Positions 53,520 to 64,000 of a DNA stretch of 64,000 nucleotides are shown one piece after another. A program made the translations under genes and the position numbers. Location: NCBI GenBank assembly GCA_044892525.1, contig CM097885.1, forward strand, positions 134,106,001-134,170,000, read 5' to 3'. The stretch's first letter is position 1. Each line of letters begins with the position of its first letter. Source of the stretch: Schmidtea polychroa (Eukaryota). The notes beneath the pieces were generated by a model. That model searched no databases. It saw only the letters and a program-made list of their open reading frames with translations, and was not told the origin of the DNA.

Positions 53520-56500
53520 TAGCTTGCAATCGTTTAGTATCACCTCTTGATGCATATCCTGTATCTGTCCTTGCAAGTCATGATATAAATAATCTTCTTT
53601 GTAATTTATATAATTCGTAATTTTAATATCCTTTATGTGTAAGGCCTTGGCAGTCGGAATATATTCCCTTGACAGGAAAATTCCTTTGTAGTTTGTCTCG
53701 TAAACTCTTTTCTCACATTTAGTCTTTTTATTCTTTCGGACAAATGAAATTGCTTCTGTTTTGTCTTCTGATATCAACACTAGAGGTGTGTTTTCCTCTC
53801 CTATATCTTCCTACTCTTGTTTGTTGATTTTCTTCAACGTTTTCGCTTTATCCCAAACCTTTTCTGAATTCTGGGAGTCCCGATATTTCGTTCCATTTAA
53901 TTTTACGAAAGTTATTTTCTTGAGGAATTTTTTTTTTTTGACAATGGTCTCTCATTTGCTCAGAAATTAATGTGATTGTTCCCGTTTTGCAACTACCGAA
54001 CTTGGTATTGCATTGTGGATGAACCATCAATTTTCCTGTGGCCACATCAAATGTTCCCTCGTATTCCCGAAACTCCATAGAGTAATCTTCTATATCTAAC
54101 ACATAGGAAACTAAATTGCTACAGCAAATTTTCTTCCTTCCTTCGCAAGATTCATCCAAGGCAACTGTTCCTTCTCGAGTAATGGTTATCCCTAATGTTT
54201 TCACAATTTCTACTGAGATTGATACTTCGTTATCTATCCTCACACTTCCTTTCCGGAATGCGTCTAGACAATCTTCGGGCAATATATTCACCGCTCTTGA
54301 GATTAATGTTGCTGATAGAAAAGCTGAATAGCTATGGCTACAGCAATAATATTCAAATGTAGCTCCCTGAATTCTACATTCCTTTATTGTAGTTCTATAA
54401 AACTCACTCCCTTGGTAGACGTAATATTCCTCCTTTTCCCTTGGTGAACTTTCTCCGGATACGCCTCTTTGCACTCAATTGCATCCACTAGCGAATATAT
54501 CCAAGATAGTTTGGGATTACTGCAGTGAAACGCTGTCAGTGAATTAGTTTGGTTTAATATACCCATCATTACCAGAAACATCAGGATCATGCTTGTCGTG
54601 TTCCTTGTTCCTGGACTACCATTATTTATGACTTCTTCCACGACCTCATATCGTGGTTTTGGGAGTATTTCCTTTTCCCAGAATTTGTTCACTGTCATCC
54701 ACACCTCAAGGTAATAATCTACCATTTTTATTATTTGATCGATTTCTCGGTCTATAAGTCTTTTAACACTAGGACGGCCAGAGCGGTCATTTTGACCGTT
54801 AAGCAATTTCATTTTTATTTTGTGAGAAAACGAAAAGGAATTAACGTCTCATATTTTGTGACAATTATTCATTTTTAGTGAACTTGTTGTGCATATCAAA
54901 GCTTCAATTATAGCATTTGTCACGACTGAGATAATGAGGCCATCCCCATGGAAGGCCGAACCGGTCAATTTGACTGGTATCTTGAAACACACAAGAAAGT
55001 CACACATAATCATCTTACATACTAGAAAATATAAAACCAAATATAATTTACACACAACCGAAGCATTTAACAGTCATTTGGGAATGTTTTCCACAGTAAA
55101 CTTTACTACATACATGGCATATAGCTCCGGATTTGTTATCACAATAAGGAGCAGAACAAGTTTTTCGCTTCTTTAATTTTGGTTGTTCAGAACAGAGCTC
55201 ACCAGAGATGGGACTTGCTGTTCGACGGCTTTTGAACTCCTCACAAAGAGATGTAGCTAATTCAAAAATAAAATCCCTTCTTTTTATAGTTGATCCCGTA
55301 GCATCTTTGAAAATAACATGAGCGTTGAGAGCTGCTTTATCAAGCAAATCATAGAAAGTAGCGACTGGCCATCTTGCTGTTGCGGCTTTACTGCTGTATA
55401 AACGCAATATGCTATCCATGGTATCTACAGCTGTCTTATTTTTGTTATAAAAGTGTATCATTTCAGGCTTTCTCTTTTCGTCAGATCTCACACTAGCAGT
55501 AGAATGGAATGTTGACATGACAATGACTTTCTTGTCCGATTTGCCTTGATAGGAAACAGTGACAGTGTTTTGACACGATAAATGAGTCGATTCAAAAAGA
55601 GGCTTTTTCTCCAAGTGAGCTGATGATAAAAAGCGTGAATTTAATCTTACAGTACCAACCAATGTTGTTCGATTTACAAGGAGATGTTCAGCTAGTGAGA
55701 GACTTGTAAAGAAATTGTCAGTGCAGACATTGTATCCTTTATTGAAAAATGGCTCCATTAGTTTCCTGACTACAAAATCACCCAGCCGTAATCCACAGCG
55801 TTCGTTTCTATCGTGAGCCCCTAAATATGGCATTTGATTGATGACAAATTTGGTTTTGACATCACTGAGAATCCAGTATTTGATACCGAATTTATCAGGC
55901 TTATTTGGCATAAATTGGATGAAGCAACACCTATTTTTTAGCGGCAAAAGTTGCTCGTCGACAGTAAGGAAGGGATTAGGAGTATAAACTTGAAGACAGT
56001 TTGAAACAAACAAGTCAAATATTTCACGAAAATGGGCATATTTATCTTGTTCTACTCTTTGACGTCGAGAACATTGTTCATCAAAACGAAGAAAGCGCAG
56101 TATCTCACGGAAACGGTTCCGAGACATGACTTCTCTGAAGTAAGGAGATACAAATTGAGATGACCAGATTGAATTGATAGAATGTCGGCGAAAGCCTAAC
56201 ACACCACGGAGATACAGCAATCCAAGAAAAGCATCTAATTCTTGTAGACTGATACACCAGTCTGACGAAGCTTCTTTTCCTTTCATAATTGTGTATTTTT
56301 GAATTAACTTCAGCATTCCCTCAGAGACTATCAAGCGCCAAGCGCTCAGGGGTGAGTCAATTTTGCGCTTTGCAAAAGCTTTCACACCAGGTGTTCCACT
56401 AAAAATATTATGCGCAGGGAATCTGCCAACACTAATAGCGTGATTGTTTTCTACTCGATTCCAAAGAGTGCCATCCCTGCTAGATAAAAGCTGATTTTCT

Positions 56501-57438
56501 AATGAAGAAATTGAGCTATTGACTGACTCATTGTCACTTTCTAACGAACTTCCATTATCATCAGAGTTCCATTAATGTAACTCTTCGTCAGAATCATTTC
56601 TTTCGGGCTCATCATCACTTCCCATAGGCTGATCTTCATCTTCGGAGAGAGCAGTGTCAATATTCCATAGCTTCTGTAAAGCACGTTGAGCAGCAATTCT
56701 TTTAGTTGGCATATTTGATTCTAAAATAATGATAAAAACTCCGTCAGTAAAATAAGAAACGTCAAATTTATTATTTGATTCTAATGAAAACACGGTTTTA
56801 TAATGTTTGTTATCCCAAGAAGTTTTAAGATTTTCTATAACAATTATTAGATATTGTCTTATGACATTTCGTTAAGTTTTTCGTTTGATTCTTTTAATTT
56901 ACCAAATTTCAAAACTTAGAACTCTTAATGCTTGCTTAATTACACTTTTAATAAGCACTATCTTTGAATAAAAGCAAGAGAATATTTATAAACAAGAAAT
57001 GAAGTATACATACATACCAGTCTGAATAAACGCGAAGACAATGTTTAAAATAGTGTAGCTTTGGGTCAGCTAAACAAATATTTTTATTTCATTGTTGTAA
57101 GTAGTTTAATAAATTAACTACTGTTAGAATAAAAATAGTTAAATTTTGAAAGCGTGTTAGTAGCACAAAGAAAGTATTGCTAAATGAGTTGCATCATAGA
57201 AATCTCAGCATGAAAATAAGGAGCATATGTGCACCGGTCAAATTGACCGGTTTGGCCTTCCAAGGTATAAATTATTTCCGGCCGTCCTAGTGTTAACGTC
57301 CCCTGCTCGGTCTAAGGCATTTTGAATTAACAACGATAGTGATGTTACCACTTTTCCACTTGTTAATCCTTGCTCCACGAATGCTTCTATGACATCCTGA
57401 ATATCTCCTGTCGAGACGTCTTTGGATACTTTATCCAT
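53520..57438 (-). pseudogene. Chuvirus-like (class III fusogen-type) envelope glycoprotein gene split by piggyBac and truncated
   Basis: Signal-like SMILMFLVMMGILNQTNS, then LTAFHCSNPKLSWIYSLVDAIEC, YYVYQ..KECRIQ..YYCCSHSYSAF, PEDCLDAFRKG, CEKRVYETNYKGIFL, ITNYINYKEDYL..VILNDCKL. Order and Cys spacing match chuviral glycoproteins as I recall them. Pieces at 57438-57297, 54766-54430, 54474-53848 and 53780-53520. Confidence 0.75.
54767..57292 (-). mobile_element. Full-length piggyBac transposon (2526 bp) with near-intact transposase
   Basis: TTAA TSDs (54763-54766, 57293-57296), 13-bp TIR CACTAGGACGGCC, subterminal GGTCA..TGACC palindromes. ORF 56712-55048 with TVDEQ, TDNFFTS, AVDTMD and a C-terminal Cys-rich domain; one in-frame TAA at 56574-56572. 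Confidence 0.97.
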
Positions 57439-57560
57439 TGTCTTCCTGACCTCTTTCGTGATCTTCTTGACTTCGATTCCTTTAATTTTTGAAATTCACC
57501 ATTCGGGCTTGATAATCCCACAACAATGACCTCTCTGGCGTTGTCTCTTCTTCTGCTTGG

Positions 57561-59771
57561 TCATCCACCTCTTGAGCTATCCATGCTAGTATTTTTAACT
57601 GAATTTTCCGAATTGTTTTGGGGTTTAACTGCTCCTTGGGGAGGTTTCATTTGATCCTTTCTAGGACGTCCTCGTCCATCTTTTTTCAATTTCACCAGAC
57701 AATTTTCAGTCTCTGAATTTACTTCTGCTTGTGACATTGTTGCTCCTACGTTTGTTTCCTCTGGGTTTAATCTGAAGTACTCTGAAAAATAATCTTCCTC
57801 GTCAATATCCACCAATTGACAGGGATTAATTTCCTCTAGCCTTATTTCCTCGATCTCCTCCACGATTTCATTTGCTATGTTGGGTAGTCTCATTAATGAC
57901 CATTGAGATTCGGGTGGCGTTACTCGGATGATTATTACCGTGGCCGTTGCCATTGGTAGACAACACATATCAACATCATCATCTACTTGCCTACCGTGGA
58001 TCATTATCAGGAATATACATGTTGTTTGATCGGTGGCAATCACATCTCTCCTCAAAATTTTGACTTTGATATAACAGTTATAAATCATTGTTAATGGTTC
58101 TCTTCCAATCATTCGCACGTCTAGATTAATGTTATCCTGCCTGCCAGGCTGACTTCAGATTGTTTTCCCTTTTCTCCTCATCAACGCTTCGATTTGCGTC
58201 TGGAATGGGCTTGTTTCTTTTATCACTGGTAGTATAATTGGAATTATTGCTTCCAAAAAATCTACTGGTATTCGTAATACTAACATCCAGTATAGTATTT
58301 CCTTTATGGTTTCTCCGTCTCGTGGAGATTTTTGCAATTCTAACCCTAGTCGCTGGATAAATTGTTGAGTTTCCTTCAATCTCTCGATTTCCATCTGAGT
58401 AATCAAGAATACACTGCCACTGGCTTCGGTGCTCTCTTTGCTATGAGCTTCGTCACTCTACCTGGGAGTATCCCGTTCTGAAGAAGTGTTTAGTTTGCTT
58501 CTAGTTTTATTTCACATAAGTACAAGTCATGTCCTTGGTGCTTTATACTTGTAAATGTCTCTGTTAATTTATGGTATTCTCTATGTGGTATTTGCTATTC
58601 TCGACATCTTACATTTATATCGAGATTATACTCTTTATCCTGGGGAGTTTTGTACTGAGCTGGGCATCTTGGAGATCCCACTCATGCTCCATGATTTCTC
58701 CTAATTTTCTTAGGATTTTATATGTGTCGTTATGATACTTCGGATCAACTTCAACCTGCGATATCAGTTTCACTACTGTATCAATTTCATGAATTTGAAT
58801 AAGTTAACCCTTGATCCTGGCTAACCATAAATGTCGTCTTAGGCTTTTTCACATTACCCTTATTGGTATTTTTTTGAACTGACCTGTGTTATCACTCTGA
58901 TTTTGAAGACATGACCTCATCAAATGTCAGAATTTCCCACATCCGTGACATTTTATCTTTCCGGATGAATTTACATCATCCCATTTAATTGTACCAAAAT
59001 TATTGCTGTTCTGAGTACTTCTAGTCTTACAGACTGCAGCAACATGTCCCTTTCGTTTACATTTTTCGCACTGCAACTTTTGTACTTTACAATTTTTCGG
59101 ACTGTGGTTACTCTGTCCACACTTGGTGCATTGAATAACTTTATGATTGTCAATCGTTTCCCTACAATCTTTTGCTATGTGCTCTTTTCTATGGCAATTG
59201 AAACTCTCTACAGGGGTCCTCTCAATGTTCACTATGAACATAGTTGATTTTTCCAAGCTGCTTTCGATTACGACCACTTTCCTGGGTCAATTCGTCAAAA
59301 TCATCACAAGTATGCAGTATCAAGGTGTTTCTGATAGTGGGGGTAAGTCTTGCTCACAACTGATCCTTGACCAACAATTCTGTTGGCTTTGCTTATGTGG
59401 TTTTTGGACCAAAATCTCTTTCAGCAATTAATGATAGCTGGTGTGCAAATTCTCCCACATGTTCATTGGCATTCTGTTTCCGATGATAAAATTGTTGCAT
59501 AAAAATTCTTCCCGCATCTCCGGGCAATATTCAGTCATTGCTTCTCTCATTTCGGCCCATGTTTTCGGTACTTGAACAGCTGGTAATGCTATTATATCAT
59601 TATATTTTTCGCTAGCAAGCCCCTTCAAATATATGGGTAATCTTTGGATCATAATATTATCTGGTAATTCTCAGACAAAATATTTGGAAATTCTCCTGAA
59701 TCGCCGCTGAATGCCTTTACGGGCAGAGCGGGATATCTGGCAAATGCGTTTACATTAGCTTCTTCTGCCAT
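57561..59771 (-). mobile_element. gag (four CCHC knuckles) and accessory ORF of a pol-less LTR retroelement
   Basis: ATG 59771 MAEEANVNAF..FSGD..QRLPIYLKGLASEKY (Gypsy-type capsid); knuckles CHRKEHIAKDC, CTKCGQSNHSPKNC, CEKCKRKGHVAAVC and a partial CHGCGK. Then one decayed frame ~58690-57561 with no PR/RT/IN motifs recognised. Confidence 0.8.
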
Positions 59772-59848
59772 TTGATTATTAAGTTTTACTCTGGCTCTAG
59801 TTCCTAACACTATCTTGTTTATTTCAAATTCTACCCACTGATAATTTT

Positions 59849-59866
59849 ATCACGGCGGGCTCACCA
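59849..59866 (-). promoter_or_regulatory. Primer-binding site, probably tRNA-Trp
   Basis: Minus strand TGGTGAGCCCGCCGTGAT, 3 nt downstream of an LTR-like ..CTAACA end; resembles the complement of the tRNA-Trp 3' end (TGGTGACCCCGACGTGAT). Confidence 0.75.
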
Positions 59867-59869
59867 AAA

Positions 59870-60668
59870 TGTTAGATTCGATGGTAGTTACTCGAACTAA
59901 CACAGTCGTAACTCTGACTCTAATAGATTTTGTTTGTAGATAGTGTGTAAGTGATTAATAAATAAGTGACAAATAAATAACCAATATTACTTAAAACTTT
60001 TTTTAAAAACAATATATGTATATATATATGGTCATTTAGTTAAATATTTAATAAAATATTTATTTTCTAAAAGAGTAATATATAGGTATTAAAGAATTGA
60101 TCCATCATCCATTGTTGATAGCAAAAATCATTAAAAATGAATAATGTTGTAAATATAAAATATATATTGGATGACAGGGGTCAAAGAATGCACATTAACA
60201 AAATATTACTTAACGGAACGGAATAAGCTGAATTAAGGAGTTGAAGCTATGATAAGCCTTTTATATTAAACTTGTGAACCCAGAAGCGCGCCAGGCCATT
60301 TGCAATCCTTTTGTTGAAGGCCAACACTAAATTACATCATCAACGTCGCTTACGATGTGTATTTAGCAGTAAAATTAATAGTTTTGTGGAGTTACGAAGG
60401 AAAAGATAGTGATATATGAGCAACGACAGAATTAGACGGACATTTACAATTAAAAACATAGAATGTTTCCCAACTTGTAACCCACTACTTTTCACACTTG
60501 GTTTTCTTTGTTGATAGGATTCCATGAACTGAGTATGTGATATAAGATTTGTATAGACTGTATAGATTCAATCAGACTGTATAATGGCTCACCACAATGA
60601 TATGAAGAAATGTTAATCTTCATTTCAATAAACTGACAATTGTGAGTCACCATATACTGTGTGATACA
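59870..60668 (-). repeat. 5' LTR of the minus-strand retroelement
   Basis: TG at 59870 next to the PBS and a plausible ..TGTGATACA end at 60668. No second copy in the window, so the distal boundary is inferred. Confidence 0.6.
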
Positions 60669-60875
60669 CTAAAGTTTGAATTACTATAAAATTTTCTTTT
60701 TTCAAATTATATTTCCAGAATATTCAATAATAATATCTAAAGATAAAATTAATTATCATTTTTAGTAAATTTTCTATATAATAAAAAAGATTTTAAAAAT
60801 TAAAATATTTGTTTATTTAAACTAACTTGATTTACACATAATTATTCTAGTTCTTATTTATCGCTGTCATATTTC

Positions 60876-63800
60876 ATGACAATTAGTACTATGATAAGAA
60901 TTTCTTGTATCAGCATCGTTGCTATCATAGCAATTGTTAAAAATTTTATAAGCCTCAATGCAGTGGCGGGCGAAAGTTGCTATAATCATTTTCTCAATAA
61001 TTCAATAATATTTTTAGGTTTTCTTGCTGTTACTGTTGCGACAGAAGACAATGATGCTCTCACCAGATATCGAAATTCCGCAGAATCTTTTAATATTCCA
61101 TATGAAGTTTATATTTTTTTATGGGACTTATTTTTAGTATTATATAACTAGATTTTTGGTACAGGACAATCCTGGTTGGGAGGTGATATTAAAAATAAAC
61201 CAGGAGGAGGTCAAAAGGTTAGGATTGTTCGAGAAGGACTCAAAAAGTATAAAGACCGAGAAGATTTTATTATCATGTTTACTGATAGGTCATTTACATT
61301 TTTGATTAAATTTTATTAATTCCTTTACATTTTACAGCTATGATGTCGTATTTCAAAACACATCGGAAACAATACTTAATAAGTTTAAAGCAACAGGTGC
61401 TAAAGTTTTGTTTTCTGCTGAAGGATTCTGCTGGCCTGATAGTTCTCTACATGTTAGTTCTTATTGATTTAAAATTCTGCGAGACTTTAATAAAAATCAA
61501 ATTAACAGATGCAAAAATTTGATATTTTTTTATTTAATCTACTAGAACTTTGTAATTTATGCTTTTTTCGATATTTTAGGATTCTTATCCCAAAGTCGGA
61601 GAATACGAAAAAAGGTATTTAAATAGCGGCGGTTTTATCGGATACGCTCCATATCTATATAAATTGATCACACACAAAGAAATTGGAAATGAAGACGATG
61701 ATCAACTTTATTATACAGAGATCTTTTTGAATGAAACATTAAGAGTACGTCTTTGTTTTATGAAATTTCAAATTTATTTATTCATGGCTCCCAAATCCAT
61801 AGTTTAAAATTTAATCATTTTAGAATGAATTTCAAATGAAATTAGATACGAAATCGGAAATTTTCCAAAATTTAAACGGGGTTTTAGGTAGAAATTGTCC
61901 ATTAAAGCATGAAAAAATGCTTATTAAAATGAATGAAATTATTTTGATTGAGTGATGCATGTTTGATGTTCATTATTACATTTTATCATTATTATTACTA
62001 TTTATTAATTATTAGTAGCATAATCGTGACGGAAATTAATTTTTCATTTATTGCAGATGAGGTTGTTTTGAACTTCCAAGACAATTTGGGATACCTGAAA
62101 AACGTAATTAGTGGTACGATTCCAGTTGTGGTACATGCAAACGGTCCTGTTAAAGTAAGATTTTAATGATTAATTGCAATTTGTAGTTCCATTATATTAC
62201 ATAATAACACTTGGGATATTCTTTTTACTTACGTAATAAATCAATTAGCATAAATTATGATGAGATTTTCTATATCGATTATTTATTTATTACTCGTGTC
62301 GATAATTATCCACGTGCATTTATTACATAATAAATGAATAATTTTTTCGGAATTATTACTTCACATAAATAAATTTATTTCTTTATTTTTCCCCATGAAA
62401 ATTCATGAATTAAAATTAAAATGTTTACCATTTGCTATTGTATTTTTATGTTAAGTTATTCGCAAAATTTTTTGAAATAATAAATAAAGGACCAGAAAAA
62501 ATATTCATTGTAATTTTATTTTAGTAAATGATATTAATTTTTTTATTTAATAAATTTATTTGTTAAAATAAAGAAACTAAAAAATTAGTGTTAAATAAAA
62601 GCGCTGTTAATATGTTAATTTAATCTATATTATTTTATTATTGATATTTATTGTGAAGGTCCCAAATTAACAATTTCATATTTTTGTTTTTAAATTACCC
62701 AAAATTTCCTAAATTAAGTTTGTCAATTGACTGTTACTTGTAATTTAATTGGTAAAATTAATTTTTGCTTATAATTATTAGTCGAATGTTTCATTTGTGT
62801 ACAAATAGTGAAATTGCAAAAATGTTACATAAGCTATAGCAGGCGTATGTAGAAAGTCTTTCAATATTCTGGAATATTAGTTTCTATTAATCTATAATAA
62901 TTTATATATGATTACAATCTATAAAGTTGATTAAGAGCAGGTGGTGGCAACTTTTTGAATATTGTCATAATTATACGCTGATAAGCAGAAAAAAATAATT
63001 TGGAATATTAATTTTTAACACTCCTCAGTCTCATTGTCAGTTAACATAAGTTTATAATTATCTAACTAGTAGTTGAAATGGCCAGTTTTTTCCCAGGTTT
63101 CAAACTTTCTCAAAACCTGATATAGTTGATATTTCAAAATATGGTCGGCTTCAAATTCTTTTTAATTGACTTTGGAACTGTTTCTAACACATGTATTTGG
63201 ATTACAATGTTTCATTCCTATTCTAGATTGAATTTAATTCAATGACCAATTATATTGGCCATAATTGGAACCCGGCAGAAGGTTGTCAGCAATGCAAACA
63301 AAACAGAATGGATTTAAAATTAAAAATGGTATTCATATTCAAACATATTGGCAATAAAATGAACCCATTCATTTTAGTTGGTTGATTATCCTCGAGTTAC
63401 CGTTGGAATATTCGTCAACGTTTTGACACCTTTTATTGATGAATTTTTTGCACGCATTCAAAAACTTTCATATCCTAATGAAAAAATGGATGTTTATATC
63501 TATTGCCTGGTTAATTCGATATTACTTACTGGAAATTAGTTAAATATTTGAATCTAGGAGGATTTACATTTAAAACGCTGTACTGAATTTGTGAATAAGA
63601 ATGATAATAAATTTGCTTCTATTCACATGATTGACAGCAAACAATTTTCTAAGGAAGCTTTGGCTAGAAATGATTTTATGTAAATCATTTATTATCATTA
63701 TTTATCATTATTATTTATTATTTTAGAAAGCGTTCAGTTGAAATCAACAATGACTTTGTCTTTATTCTTGATTCAATTGTTCATCTAACAAAAATCGACA

Positions 63801-64000
63801 CCATTGAGCATTTAGTAAGTCAAAATAGATCCATATTAGCTCCAATGGTTCCTCGGCGAGAGGCATTGTGGTCCAATTTCTGGGGAGCATTGAATAAAAA
63901 TGGTTTCTATGCGAGATCAGAAGATTACCTTGAAATCGTTCAAGATGTTAAAAAGTAAATTATTAACATTTATTTATCGAAAGTTATTTTCAATAATCAT
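60876..64000 (+). CDS. plod: Procollagen-lysine 2-oxoglutarate 5-dioxygenase (lysyl hydroxylase), 5' part. Exons 60876-60975, 61018-61106, 61152-61288, 61338-61452, 61580-61744, 61824-61887, 62057-62154, 63227-63328, 63378-63509, 63558-63679, 63727-63954; continues beyond window
   Basis: Phases consistent across 11 exons. Signal peptide, VTVATE, W.GGD..GGGQKV, MFTDSYDV, FSAEGFCWPD, YLNSGGFIGYAP, DDDQLYYT, IFQNLNG, HANGP, LWSNFWGAL..GFYARSEDY. Confidence 0.97.

Larger units (their letters stand above)
49499..53520 (+). mobile_element. Truncated Ty3/Gypsy element (LTR/leader, gag relic, protease, partial RT)
   Basis: Protease KPMIKIKVN..IDS (52263), dUTPase-like or linker region (52526), RT YQSPIIVVAKKDGSVRLCNDY..MDAQKVFYQI..MSFGITGAPATFQ..YIDD (53018-53512), cut just after YIDD. 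Left boundary approximate. Confidence 0.8.

Noticed and set aside
54384-54812. ORF start MKLLNGQNDRSGRPSV as the true N-terminus
   Set aside because: These codons come from the piggyBac terminus; the real frame continues at 57297.

Overview
AT-rich eukaryotic (animal) genomic DNA with many 40-60 nt introns; the gene style suggests a triclad flatworm, but that is inference. Three host genes can be spliced by hand with consistent phases: (1) an ovo-family C2H2 zinc-finger transcription factor (minus, 4 exons, 7860-10953); (2) an ADAR-family gene with one dsRBD whose deaminase domain has lost all Zn ligands and the catalytic Glu and carries ADAD1/2-type substitutions (plus, 34072-47093), possibly joined to upstream exons encoding a matrin/JAZ-type zinc finger (31895-32250); (3) a PLOD/lysyl hydroxylase gene running off the right end (60876-64000). 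Most of the rest is transposon-derived: many hAT relics and MITEs, pogo/Tigger, Tc1, mariner, a near-intact piggyBac, a Penelope fragment with a hammerhead-like motif, and three LTR retroelements. Most unusual observations: two short insertions sharing a GC-rich branched hairpin plus a short GT-AG intron ahead of unrelated ORFs (one ending in a captured Hsp90 N-terminal fragment, one an intact 229-aa orphan); a pol-less LTR element carrying a chuvirus-like glycoprotein split in frame by the piggyBac; and the ADAD-like pseudo-deaminase. Two assembly gaps (N runs) are present. All homology calls are from remembered motifs; no database search was run.
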